From Antedon mediterranea (Eukaryota; Animalia; Echinodermata): 64,000 nt of DNA. Where the stretch lies: contig NC_092677.1 of NCBI RefSeq assembly GCF_964355755.1, positions 24,043,175 to 24,107,174 of the forward strand. The letters are read 5' to 3'. The position numbers were made by a program, and so were the translations under genes. The notes under the pieces are model-generated. The model saw only the letters and a list, made by a program, of their open reading frames with translations. It had not been told where the DNA came from and did not search any database. Positions 16,921 to 29,525 of this stretch are shown one piece after another (the stretch's first letter is position 1; each line of letters begins with the position of its first letter).

Positions 16921-18455
16921 TTATTATTGTTATTATTCTTCTTTCTGTACACTTTTTGTTTAGCAAATATCTCAAAAAGTTGAATAACAATGATCACACA
17001 AATTTCACAATGTCTTTCAAATACTTTAACTTAGCCATAATAACCTTTTCAGCGTGATCATTCACCTGTGACGTCACGTATACGCCATTTTGTGAAATCA
17101 CATTATCAATCATATCTCCATAATTAATTATCACATAATAATAAAATTCAATACACGTAAACTTCAGGTCAAGGGTAAAAATATTAGCAAATAAAAAATG
17201 CACGTGCACGTAGGGTCATGCACGTGAAATCGCGCGTTAAAAATTTAAAAAGCTCAAAATTAAGTTTTGATCAATTTAGAGCATGAATTAGGTCATTTGC
17301 GTGTTTCAAAAAATTACTGCGCAAAAAAATATTTTACGCGCGCGATACTTACAAAGCGTAAAAAATGCAATTTTTTTATACAAATCGCATTCTACTCACC
17401 ATCCTTAGTACATTCACCAAATTTGAGTCAGTTCCGACTTAAAATAACGCTATACGAGCAGGTTAAAAATGACAAAATGCGCAAATTAATTGCATCAAAG
17501 TGATGAAAATGGTGAAAAATAGGGCCCTTTTAAAATGAATATAACTCTTCAGAATGGAAGATGACCCCCAATTTTTTTAACTTAATATGGAAGCCAATGA
17601 GTTGTAGATACATATTCATGTACACATTAGACGTACAAAATGGTATGACGTCAACAAATGGCCACTTCAATTTAAAAATTAGTAATTTTTATATTTTTGT
17701 GTGCGTTATCACATTCAATAGAGCACATCTCCGTTATTTAAGCCTGTTTTTTGCAGATATTTTAGTATGTGCTTGCTCAATTAATTATCTTTCTCATGAG
17801 TTGTCAACATTTTTATTTTGATGACGTCATCACGCGTAAAAATTTGAATAACCAAGGTCATGTAATTTCAGCTACACCATACATTTGAATATCTTATAGC
17901 TCTTCTGAATTAAAGTTGACCTTGATGTTTGTAACTTATTATGAGAGCTGATAAAATGTAGATATGAATTTATTTAAAAATTATGCCTATCGGATGTTAT
18001 AACGTTATCATATGGCCAGTTGAAGTTAAAAAGTAGTTTTTTCATTTTTTTCGTCAAAGTTAAACAAATTTGAAAAAGCGCGCACCGCGCTTCTACGTGT
18101 CAATTTTTCTTCCAATTGTTATATTTTATTGCTCAATTCATTATCTTTCGATAGTGTTATCCACAATTTTATTTTGACAACGTCATCATACCAAAAAATT
18201 AGAATATGATGTGGGTCCCGTAATTTCACCTATGCTACACTGTATATAGATATACAGTATATACTGTACATAATGTATATGGCATATAATAGGCACAACT
18301 CAGCGATATAAGCGTATGCATCATGTCATAGGATGGCGTACATCAACTTTTTACGATCGTATGTTAACGTACATGCATGTTTAAAAAATGTTAATTTCAT
18401 TAAAATGATAAAAATGATCACCTATAATTCGTCAAAGTGACGAATTAAATTCTAG
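16921..18455 (+). mobile_element. HINE unit, family B, lacking 5' cap
   Basis: Starts TTATTATTGTTATTATTCTTC; ends AAATGATCACCT-AT-AATTCGTCA(AAG)TGACGAATT-AAATTCTAG. Confidence 0.9.
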
Positions 18456-21400
18456 TTAGGTGATCATTTAGAATAAAATGATCACCTATTGTTATTGTAC
18501 AAAATCTTTATTAGGTGATCATTTAGAATAAAATGATCACCTATTGTTATTGTACAAAATCTTTATTATTATTGTTATTCTTCTTTCTGTACACTTTTTG
18601 TTCGTCAAATATCTCAAAAAGTTGAATAGCAATAATAACAAAAAATTCACAATGTCTTTCAAATACTTTAACTTAGCCATAATAAGCTTTTCAGCGTGAT
18701 CACTCATCCGTGACGTCACGTATACGCCATTTTGTGAAATCACATTATCAATCATATATCCATAATTCATTATCACATATTTATGAAATTCACTACACGT
18801 AAACTTCAGGTCAAGGGTAAAAATATTAGCACGTAAAAACGCGCGCGCACGTAGGGTCATGCGTGTGGAATCGCGCAGTAAAAATTTAAAAAGCTCAAAA
18901 TTACATTTTAATCAATTTAGAGCATGAATTAGGCCATTTGTGTGTTTCAAAAAATTACTGCGCAAAAAAAATATTTTGCGCGCGCGATACTTACAAAGCG
19001 TAAAAATTGCAATTTTTTTATACAAATCGCGTTCTACTCACCATCCTTAGTACATTCACCAAATTTGAGTAAGTTCCGACTTAAAATAACGCTATACGAG
19101 CAGGTTAAAAATAACAAAATGCGCAAATTAATTGCATCAAAGTGCTGAAAATGGTGAAAAATAAGGCCTTTTTAAAATGAATATAACTCTTCAGAATGGC
19201 AGGTGACCCCCAATTTTTTTAACTTATTCGGGAAGACATTGGGTTGTAGATACATATTCATGTACACATTAGACGTACAAAATGGTATGACGTCATCAAA
19301 TGGCCACTTAAATTTAAAAATTAGTAATTTTTATCTTTTTGTGTGGGTTATCACATTCAATAGAGCGCATCTCCGTTATTTGAGCCCGATTTTTGCCAAA
19401 ATTTTAGTATGTGCTTACTCAATTAATTATCTTTCTCAAGAGTTGTCAACATTTTTATTTTGATGATGTCATCATGTGTAAAAACTTTAATAACCAAGGT
19501 CGTATAATTTCAGCTACACCATACATTTGAATATGTTATAGCTCTTCAGAATTAAAGGTGACCTTGAAGATTATAATTTATTATGAAAGCTGAATAAATG
19601 TAGATATGAATTCATATAAAAATTAAGCTTATCGGATGTTGTGATGTTATCATATGGCCAGTTGAAGTTAAAACGTTGTTTTTAAATTTCTTTAGTCAAA
19701 GTTATACAAATTTCAAAGAGCGCGCATTGCGCTTCTACGTGTCAAATTATCTTCCAATCCTTATATTTATTTGCTCAATTCATTATCTTTCGAAATTGTC
19801 ATCTTCGAGTTTATTTTGATAATTCCATCATATTAAAAAATTTGAACATGATGTGGGTCCCGTAATTTCACCTATGCTACACTGTATATAGATATACAGT
19901 ATATACTGTACATATTGTATATGACACATAATAGGCACAACTCGGCACTGTAAGCGTATATCAGGATGGTATACATCAACATTTTCCTATTGTATGTTAA
20001 CGTACGTGCATGTTTAAAAAATATTAATGTCAGTAAAGCGATAAAAATGATCACCTATAATTCGTCAAAGTGACGAATTAAATTCTAGTTGTTATTATTC
20101 TTCTTTCTGTACACTTTTTGTTCATCAAATATCTCAAAAAGTTGAATAGCAATGATCACAAAAATTTCACAATGTCTTTCAAATACTTTAACTTAGCCAT
20201 AATAAGCTTTTCAGCGTGATCTCTCACCCGTGACGTCACGTATACGCCATTTTGTGAAATCACATTATCAATCATATATCCATAATTCATTATCACATAT
20301 TTATGAAATTCACTACACGTAAACTTCAGGTCAAGGGTAAAAATATTAGCAAGTAAAAACGCGCGCGCACGTAGGGTCATGCGCGTAGAATCGCGCATTA
20401 AAAATTTAAAAAGCTCAAAATTACGTTTTAATCAATTTAGAGCATGAATTAGGCCATTTGCGTGTTTCAAAAAATTACTGCGCAAAAAAAATATTTTGCG
20501 CGCGCGATACTTACAAAGCGTAAAAATTGCAATTTTTTTATACAAATCGCGTTCTACTCACCATCCTTAGTACATTCACCAAATTTGAGTCAGTTCCGAC
20601 TTAAAATAACGCTATACGAGCAGGTTAAAAATAACAAAATGCGCAAATTAATTGCATCAAAGTGCTGAAAATGGTGAAAAATAAGGCCTTCTTAAAATGA
20701 ATATAACTCTTCAGAATGGCAGGTGACCCCAAATTTTTTTAACTTATTCGGGAAGCCATTGGGTTGTAGATACATATTCATGTACACATTAGACGTACAC
20801 AATGGTATGACGTCATCAAATGGCCACTTCAATTTAAAAATTAGTAATTTTTATCTTTTTGTGTGGGTTATCACATTCAATAGAGCGCATCTCCGTTATT
20901 TGAGCCCGATTTTCGCCGAAATTTTAGTATGTGCTTGCTCAATTAATTATCTTTCTCATCAGTTGTCAACATTTTTATTTTGATGACGTCATCATGTGTA
21001 AAAACTTTAATAACCAAGGTCGTGTAATTTCAGCTACACCATACATTTGAATATGTTATAGCTCTTCAGAATTAAAGGTGACCTTGAAGATTATAATTTA
21101 TTATGAAAGCTGATTAAATGTAGATATGAATTCATATAAAAATTAAGCCTATCGGATGTTGTGATGTTATCATATGGCCAGTTGAAGTTAAAACGTTGTT
21201 TTTAAATTTCTTTAGTCAAAGTTATACAAATTTCAAAGAGCGCGCATTGCGCTTCTACGTGTCAAATTATCTTCCAATCCTTATATTTATTTGCTCAATT
21301 CATTATCTTTCGAAATTGTCATCTTCGAGTTTATTTTGATAATTCCATCATACCAAAAAATTTGAACATAATGTGGGTCCCGAAATTTCACCTATGCTAC

Positions 21401-21608
21401 ACTGTATATAGATATACAGTATATACTGTACATATTGTATATGACACATAATAGGCACAACTCAGCACTATAAGCGTATAACAGGATGGTATACATCAAC
21501 ATTTTCCTATTGTATGTTAACGTACGTGCATGTTTAAAAAATATTAATGTAAGTAAAGCGATAAAAATGATCACCTATAATTCGTCAAAGTGACGAATTA
21601 AATTCTAG
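18456..21608 (+). mobile_element. Complete family-B HINE (cap 18456-18510, body 20089-21608) interrupted by a nested copy
   Basis: 5' cap TT-AGGTGATCATTT-AGAATA-AAATGATCACCT. Removing 18511-20088 rejoins AAAATCTTTA|TTGTTATTATTCTTC, which restores a normal microsatellite. Confidence 0.8.
18511..20088 (+). mobile_element. Complete family-B HINE nested in the microsatellite of the previous copy
   Basis: Has its own 5' hairpin cap at 18513, a (TTA)n microsatellite, and a 3' subTIR, hairpin and CTAG at 20088. Confidence 0.88.
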
Positions 21609-23189
21609 TTAGGTGATCATTTAGAATAAAATGATCACCTATTGTTATTGTACAAAATCTTTATTATTATTATTGTTATTATTCTTCTTTCTGTACACTT
21701 TTTGTTTAGCAATTATCTCAAAAAGTTGAATAACAATGATCACAAAAATTTCACAATGTCTTTCAAATACTTTAACTTAGCCATAATAAGCTTTTCAGCG
21801 TGATCACTCAACCGTGACGTCACGTATACGCGATTTTGTGAAATCACACTATCAATCATATCTCCATAACTCTTTATCACATATCAATAAAATTCACTAT
21901 ACGTAAACTTCAGGTGAAGGGTAAAAATATTAACAAATAAAAACTTACGCGTTTCAAGGTCATGCACGTGAAATCGCGCGTTAAAATTTTAAAAAGCTCA
22001 AAATTAAGTTTTGATCAATTTAGAGCATGAAATAGGCCATTTGCGTGTTTTAAAAAATTACTGCGCAAAAATATATTTTTGCGCACGGGATTTTTAAAAA
22101 GCGTAAAAAATAAAATTTGATGTATACATCACATTCTACTCATAATCCTTAGTACAATATCCGACTTTGAGTCCATTCAGACTTAAAATAACGCTATACG
22201 AGCACGTTAAAAAGGACAAAATGCGCACATTAATTGTACAAAAGTGCTAAAAATGGTAAAAAGTAGGGCCTTTTTAAAATGAATATAACTCTTCAGAATG
22301 GAAGATGACCCCCAATTTTTTTAACTTAATATGGAAGCAAATGAGTTGTAGATATAAATGTATATACACATTAGACGTACAAAATGGTATTACGTCATCA
22401 AATGGCCACTTGAATTTAAAAATTAGGATTTTTTTCCTTTTTGTGTAGGTTATCACATTCAATAGCGTGCATCTCCGCTATTTGAGCTCGATTTTCGCAC
22501 AAATTTCATTGTGTGCTTGCTTAATTATTTATCTTTCTCATATGTTGTCAACATTTTCATTTTGATGACGTCATCACGCGTAAAAACTTAATAACGTAGG
22601 TCATGTAATTTCACCTTCGCCGTAAATTTGAATATCTTACAGCGCTTCAGAATTGAAGGTTACCTTGATGATTATAATTTATTATGAAAGCTGATGAAAT
22701 GTAGATATGAATTCATATAAAAACCAAGCCTATCGGATGTTGTGACGTTAAAATATGGCCAGATGAAGTTAAAAAGTAGTTTTTTCATCTTTTTCGTCAA
22801 AGTTATACAAATTTCAAAGAGCGCGCATTGCGCTTCTACGTGTCAAATTATCTTCCAATCCTTATATTTATTTGCTCAATTCATTATCTTTCGAAATTGT
22901 CATCTTCGAGTTTATTTTGATAATTCCATCATACCAAAAAATTTGAACATGATGTGGGTCCCGTAATTTCACCTATGCTACACTGTATAAAGATATACAG
23001 TATATACTGTACATATTGTATATGACACATAATAGGCACAACTCAGCACTATAAGCGTATATCAGGATGGTATACATCAACATTTTCCTATTGTATGTTA
23101 ACGTACGTGCATGTTTAAAAAATATTAATGTCAGTAAAGCGATAAAAATGATCACCTATAATTCGTCAAAGTGACGAATTAAATTCTAG
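21609..23189 (+). mobile_element. Complete family-B HINE
   Basis: 5' cap at 21611, microsatellite, 3' subTIR/hairpin/CTAG. Confidence 0.9.
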
Positions 23190-24746
23190 TGAGAAATTGT
23201 TTTTGTAAAAAAAAAAATGTTTCTTCACAATTTCTTTCTGTACAGATTTTGTTTAACAAATATCTCAAAAAGTTTAATGTCAATGATTACCAAAATTTCA
23301 GAATGTCTTTCAAATACTTTAACTTAGTCCTAATAAGCTTTTCCGCGTGATCACTCATCCGTGACGTCATTTATACGTCATTTTGTGAAATCTCATTATC
23401 AATCATATCTCCATAATTAATTATCACATATTAATGAAATTCACTATACGTAAGCTTCAGATCAAGGGTAAAAATATTAGCAAATAAAAATGAACGCGCA
23501 CGTAGGGTCATGCGCGTGAAATAGCGCTTTAAAAATTTAAAAAGCTCAAAATTATGTTTTGATCAATTTAGAGCATGAATTAGGCCATTTGCGTGTTTTA
23601 AAAAATTACTGCGCAAAAACACGTTTTTGCGCGTGCGTACACAGAAAGCGTAAAAAATACAATTTTTTGTACAAACTGCATTCTACTCATCTTCCTTGGT
23701 ACATCCACCAAATTTGAGTCCATTTCGACTTAAAATAACGCTATACGAGCAGGTTAAAAATGACAAAATGCGCAAATTAATTGCATCAAAGTTCTGAAAA
23801 TGGTGAAAAATAAGGCCTTTTTAAAATGAATATAACTCTTAAGAATGGCAGGTGACCCCCAATTTTTTTAACTTATTATGGAAGCCAATAAGTTGTAGAT
23901 ATAAAGGTATATAAACATTAGACGTACAAAATGGTATTACGTCATCAAATGGCCACTTGAATTTAAAAATTAGGATTTTTTTCCGTTTTGTGTAGGTTAT
24001 CACATTCAATAGAGCGCATCTCTGCTATTTGAGCCCGATTTTCGCACAAATTTCAGTGTGTGCTTGCTTAATTATTTATCTTTCTCATAAATTGTCAGTG
24101 TTTTTATTTTGATGACGTCATCACGCGTAAAAACTTGAACAACGTAGGTCGTTTAATTTCACCTTCAACGTAAATTTGAATATCTTACAGCTCTTCAGAA
24201 TTGAAGGTTACCTTGATGATTATAATTTATTATGAAAGCTGATGAAATGTAGATATGAATTCATATAAAAACCAAGCCTATCGGATGTTGTGACGTTAAC
24301 ATATGGCCAGATGAAGTTAAAAAGTAGTTTTTTCATCTTTTTCGTCAAAGTTATACAAATTTCAAAGAGCGCGCACAGCCCTTCTACGTGCCAGATTCTC
24401 TTCCAATTCTTATATTTATTTGCTCAATTCATTATCTTTCGAAATTGTCATCTTTGAGTTTATTTTGATAATTCCATCATACCAAAAAATTAGAACATGA
24501 TGTGGGTCCCGTAATTTCACCTATGCTACACTGTATATAGATATACAGTATATACTGTACATATTGTATATAGCATATAATAGGCACAACTCAGCACTAT
24601 AAGCGTGTGCATCATGTCATAGGATGGCGGACATCAACTTTTTACGATCGTATGTTAACGTACATGCATGTTTAAAAAGTGTTAATTTCATTAAAATGAT
24701 AAAAATGATCACTTATAATTCGTCAAAGTGACGAATTAAATTCTAG
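23190..24746 (+). mobile_element. Family-B HINE unit with altered 5' junction
   Basis: Starts TGAGAAATTGTTTTTGTAAAA (no cap hairpin); ends with the family-B hairpin and CTAG. Confidence 0.88.
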
Positions 24747-26299
24747 TGAGAAATTGTTTTTGTAAAAAAAAAATGTTTCTTCGCAATTTCTTTCTGTACA
24801 GATTTTGTGTAACAAATATCTCAAAAAGTTTAATGTCAATGATTACCAACATTTCAGAATGTCTTTCCAATACTTTAACTTAGTCCTAATAAGGTTTTCA
24901 GCGTGATCCCTCATCCGTGACGTCATCTATTCGCCATTTTGTGAAATCACATTATCAATCATATCTCCATAATTAATTATCACATATTAATGAAATTCAC
25001 TACACGTAAACTTCAGGTCAAGGGTAAAAATATTAGCATATAAAAACACACGCGCACGTAGTGTCATGCGTGTGAAATCGCGCGTTAAAAATTTAAAAAG
25101 CTCAAAATTAACTTTTGATCAATTTAGAGCATGAATTAGGCCATTTGCGTGTTTCAAAAAATTACTGCGCAAAAACACGTTTTTGCGCACGCAATTCGTA
25201 AAAAGCGTAAAAAATAAAATTTGATGTAAACATCACATTCTACTCACAATCCTTAGTACATTCTCCGATTTTGAGTCCATTCCGACTTAAAATAACGCTG
25301 TACGAACACGTTAAACATGACAAAATGCGGACATTAATTGCACAAAAGTGCAAAAAATGGTAAAAATAAAGGCCTTTTAAAATGAATATAACTCTTCAGA
25401 ATGGCAGGTGACCCCCAATTTTTTTAACTTAATATGGAAGCCAATAAGTTGTAGATATAATTATATATAAACATTAGACGTACAAAATGGTATTACGTCA
25501 AAAAATGGCCACTTGAATTTAAAAATTAGGATTTTTTTTCCGTTTTGTGTAGGTTATCACATTCAATAGAGCGCATCTCTGCTATTTGAGCCCGATTTTC
25601 ACACAAATTTCAGTGTGTGCTTGCTTAATTATTTATCTTTCTCATAAATTGTCAGTGTTTTCATTTTGATAACGTCATCACGCGTAAAAACTTGAATAAC
25701 GTAGGTCGTGTAATTTCACCTTCGCCGTAAATTTGAATATCTTACAGCTCTTCAGAATTGAAGGTTACCTTGATGATTATAATTTATTATCAAAGCTAAT
25801 GAAATGTAGATATGAATTCATATAAAAACCAAGCCTATCGGATGTTGTGACGTTAACATATGGCCAGATGAAGTTAAAAAGTAGTTTTTCATCTTTTTCG
25901 TCAAAGTTATACAAATTTCAAAGAGCGCACACGGCGCTTCTACGTGCCAGATTCTCTTCCAATTCTTATATTTATTTGCTCAATTCATTATCTTTCGAAA
26001 TTGTCATCTTTGAGTTTATTTTGATAATTCCATCATACCAAAAATTTAGAACATGATGTGTGTCCCGTAATTTCACCTATGCTACACTGTATATAGATAT
26101 ACAGTATATACTGTACATATTGTAAAATGGCATATAATAGGCACAAGTGATATAAGTGTATGCATCATGTCATAGGATGGCGTACATCAACTTTTTACGA
26201 TCGTATGTTAACGTACATGCATGTTTAAAAAATGTTAATTTCATTAAAATGATAAAAATGATCACCTATAATTCGTCAAAGTGACGAATTAAATTCTAG
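24747..26299 (+). mobile_element. Family-B HINE unit with altered 5' junction (last unit of the array)
   Basis: Same start as 23190; ends with subTIR/hairpin/CTAG, followed by unique sequence. Confidence 0.88.
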
Positions 26300-26568
26300 T
26301 TTAACATTTTTATTTGCTCTGACTCTAAAACTGACTTTAAGAGAATTGCCAATGGATGAAATTTGAGTGCTTATTCAGATTACTTTTTCTTATTGCACTT
26401 TAATGTGTTGTCGTCTTTAGAGTATTTTAGCATTAAATACTACGGTAACTATTGGTTTATGTCATCTTGACTACAGTATGTTACCGTTGATGATTTAACA
26501 TGCATTTTGATGACCAGCCACACACCTGTAGTCGTGTTTACCCAAGCCAGTTATAAGGAAATATCCAA

Positions 26569-28175
26569 TTGGTTATCCGCAACGAAGTTGCAGGATAACC
26601 TCTTGTGATTGTACGAAATCATCATCATCATCATCATCATCAACTTTTTATTCTTCTTCTTTCTTTCTGTATGATTTTTGTGTAACGCTTTTCTCTAAAA
26701 CTCGCAAACATAACATTTTGTTAACTATGTTAACATTTTGACATTTATGTAACGTCGTCAAGCGAAGCTTTTCATGATGTTTACAATTGCGCAACGTGAC
26801 GTACGCGCGATTTAACGATTTTATCGTATTTAACATATGTCGAAAACCAAATAACATTTTAAAGTGAAACTTTGCAAAAGTTTAATTTATATCATGCGCT
26901 AAATTTCTGTTGAAAAAAAATTGCGTGTTTTACACAAAGTTACGCGCGCACGCACATTTAAAATTTCAAAATGCGCAAAATTAATTTATAATCAACTTTC
27001 TACGCGTTTCATGTCGTTTTAAGCATGTCAAAAATTCCCACGCGTGCGCACATTTCTACGTGTGCGGTGCGCACGTAGCATTGAAAACGTATTTTTTTCG
27101 CGTGATTTATGTTTTTCCAGCCTTTTCTAGTAATTTTACCAAATTTTAAACAATTTCGACTTAAAGATACGTCATACGAGCACGTCGAATTGGACAATTT
27201 GCGCGCGTTTTTTATGAAAAGGTTAAAAAATTCGTTTAAAATATGCCTTTTTTTAAACAGTCGTAATTTCTAAACTAGACGGTCAAATTTTTGTGGATGA
27301 CATATTCTGGAAGTAGATGAGTTGTAGATATCGGATCAGGTATTAATATGGCTAACCGGACATTGTGACGTCATCGTATGGCCACGCGAATATAAAATTT
27401 AGGATTTTTCTATCTTTCGTCATAGCTCATCACATTGAATAGAGCGCATCTCCACTTATCCGTTTTCCATTTTCACCCCGATTTTGATATTGTCTAGGTC
27501 AATCAACTATCTTTCGCATGAGTTAAAAATATTTTAATTTTTTTGACGTCATCATGCCTAAAAATTTAAATCACGTGTAGCATCAATTTCATCTTTACAG
27601 TAAATTTTAATCTGTTATAGCTCGTAAGAATAAAATGTGATAATCACGATTAAAACTTTTTCTGGAAGCTATTGGATTGTAGATATGAAATTATGTAAAA
27701 ATGTTGCCAATCGGATGTTGTGACGTCATCATATGGCCAGTTAAATAAAAAAGGTCGTATTTTCATCTTTTTCGTCATAATTCATTACATTTAAAAGAGC
27801 GCGCATCAATATTTAACGTATTCAAATTTCTTCTACACGCTAATACGTTGTTGCTGAGATAATTTGCTTTCGGAATTGCTAACTTCGCGTTTCATTTTAA
27901 AACCATCAACATGTTAAAAATTGCAATAAATAGTGGGTCCCGTAATTTCACCTATTCTACACTGTATGTGATATGGATACAGATTATACTGTGTATACTA
28001 TATATGAATTTAAATAATAAAATTCAGCAATAACAACAGATCATATTCTTCAGTTCAGGTCATAATGCCAACGTGAACACTTCCTTTTGTCCTCAACCTA
28101 TCCCCTTAATGTTAATGTTGCACCACTTGCGCGGCGGATAACCAAACTCGTCAAAGTGACGAGTTACATGTCTAG
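26569..28175 (+). mobile_element. Complete stand-alone family-A HINE
   Basis: 5' TT-GGTTATCC-GCAAC-GAA-GTTGC-A-GGATAACC hairpin, (ATC)n microsatellite, 3' GCGGATAACC + AACTCGTCA(AAG)TGACGAGTT + CTAG|TT. No TSD. Confidence 0.92.
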
Positions 28176-28424
28176 TTATTAACTCCGTTTATTTTAGAAT
28201 TATTATTGGAAACTTTATACAGTTATTACTAGAAAACATTGTTTTATTTTTTAGATTGAGAATTGAATTTTAAATGAAATTTAAAAAAATTAAATATCGA
28301 GAGAATTGAAGTTGAAAAACTATACAAGAAACTAATTTGCTACTGTATGTAAAAAAAACAACAATTTAAAAAAATGTGATTCATAAAAATCTACAATGAA
28401 ATCATAGTCAGTCAATGTCAATAA

Positions 28425-29322
28425 GGGTCTGTTTCTGCTGAAAAAATCAAAATAATCAATTTTTTCCAGTCACTGCAAACCACAAAAATAATCGCGTTGC
28501 AATTGAAAATTGCTACGACTTTAATCGGTTATTCAGGTAATCGGTTTTTAAAATCACGTCATCATTCCCCCACAGCGCAGTTCAAGTTACAGTATGAAAG
28601 GCCGATGAGAGTTGGTTTGTTTACATCCTATCGCTGCCTAAAACTCTCACATGTAGGATTAAAAATTACTCTTACGTAAAGCTATATTATTTCTAAAATA
28701 AACATCTAGGCCTACTACCGTACCACATACAACAGAATAATGATGTTATATTAATAAGGACACGTCGGCGAAAAAAGTTTGTTTCGCCGTTCGTTGGTTC
28801 TACCTTCGGCCTGGCCTGCTAGGCCTATGGGCTATATATTTCTACCGAAACAAGTCAACAGACAACAGGCCTAAAAAATGACATGTAAAACATCGTTAGC
28901 CTGGACTGGTGGTATGTAACAGGTGTACTTGTAACACAGAATCCTGGAGTCTCTCGGTATAATTCTCCCCCACAAAATAATAAAAATCAAATGTTTAACA
29001 TTTGATTTTTATTCGGTCTATATCGCGATCGTGGTTTTGCTGATCGTCGTCGATATCGCGCAAATAAACAGCATGCTTTGTGACGTGAATAAGTTTGTCA
29101 TACTCTAGAGGTCAAAGTGAGGTCAATAATCGCTATTTGTGTTGCAGCTCAAAACTGCTCCGTATAATCGGTTAAAACAAGAAATAATCGATTAAAACAA
29201 GCAATGGATTGAGTGTTTTTAATCGGTTATTTTATTTTGCGCCGTTTCTGCTGCTAAAAAATAATCAATTAAAAACATAAACGGGTAATAATCGATTATT
29301 TCTTCTCAGCAGAAACAGGCCC
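28425..29322. mobile_element. PIF/Harbinger-type MITE
   Basis: TIRs GGGTCTGTTTCTGCTGA / TCAGCAGAAACAGGCCC; TAA TSD; subterminal TAATCG repeats. Confidence 0.85.
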
Positions 29323-29394
29323 TAAGATAATAAACATTGTTTAAATTATTCAGAAAATTTGGGGGCATGTACAGTACAGTACAGTAGAGACTAA

Positions 29395-29525
29395 TGCTCT
29401 ATCAACTTTATGTGACAAAAAATTGTGATGTGCCCATATTGACACGATGACATCATATCACTCCATATAAAGGGCACATCACACTTTTTTGTCAAACTAA
29501 GTTCATACAGTAGTGTTGACAAAGT
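29395..29525. mobile_element. Degenerate copy of the small AGCTCTGTCTACACTATCAAA MITE family
   Basis: TGTGACAAAAAATTGTGATGTGCCC...GGGCACATCAC..TTTTTTGTCA. Further fragments at ~30835-30919, 38895-38950, 39013-39100 and 51985-52113. Confidence 0.65.

Noticed and set aside
14572-26299. Regularly spaced palindromic repeats suggesting a CRISPR-like array
   Set aside because: The intervening 1.1-1.6-kb sequences are homologous to each other rather than unique spacers. The palindromes are Helentron termini, and there are no cas genes.
15018-27197. Recurrent 60-107 aa ORFs (MTPNFFNL..., MFQKITAQ..., MIIFIALL...)
   Set aside because: They recur only because the HINE unit is repeated; they are broken by stops or frameshifts in other copies and show no domain signature.
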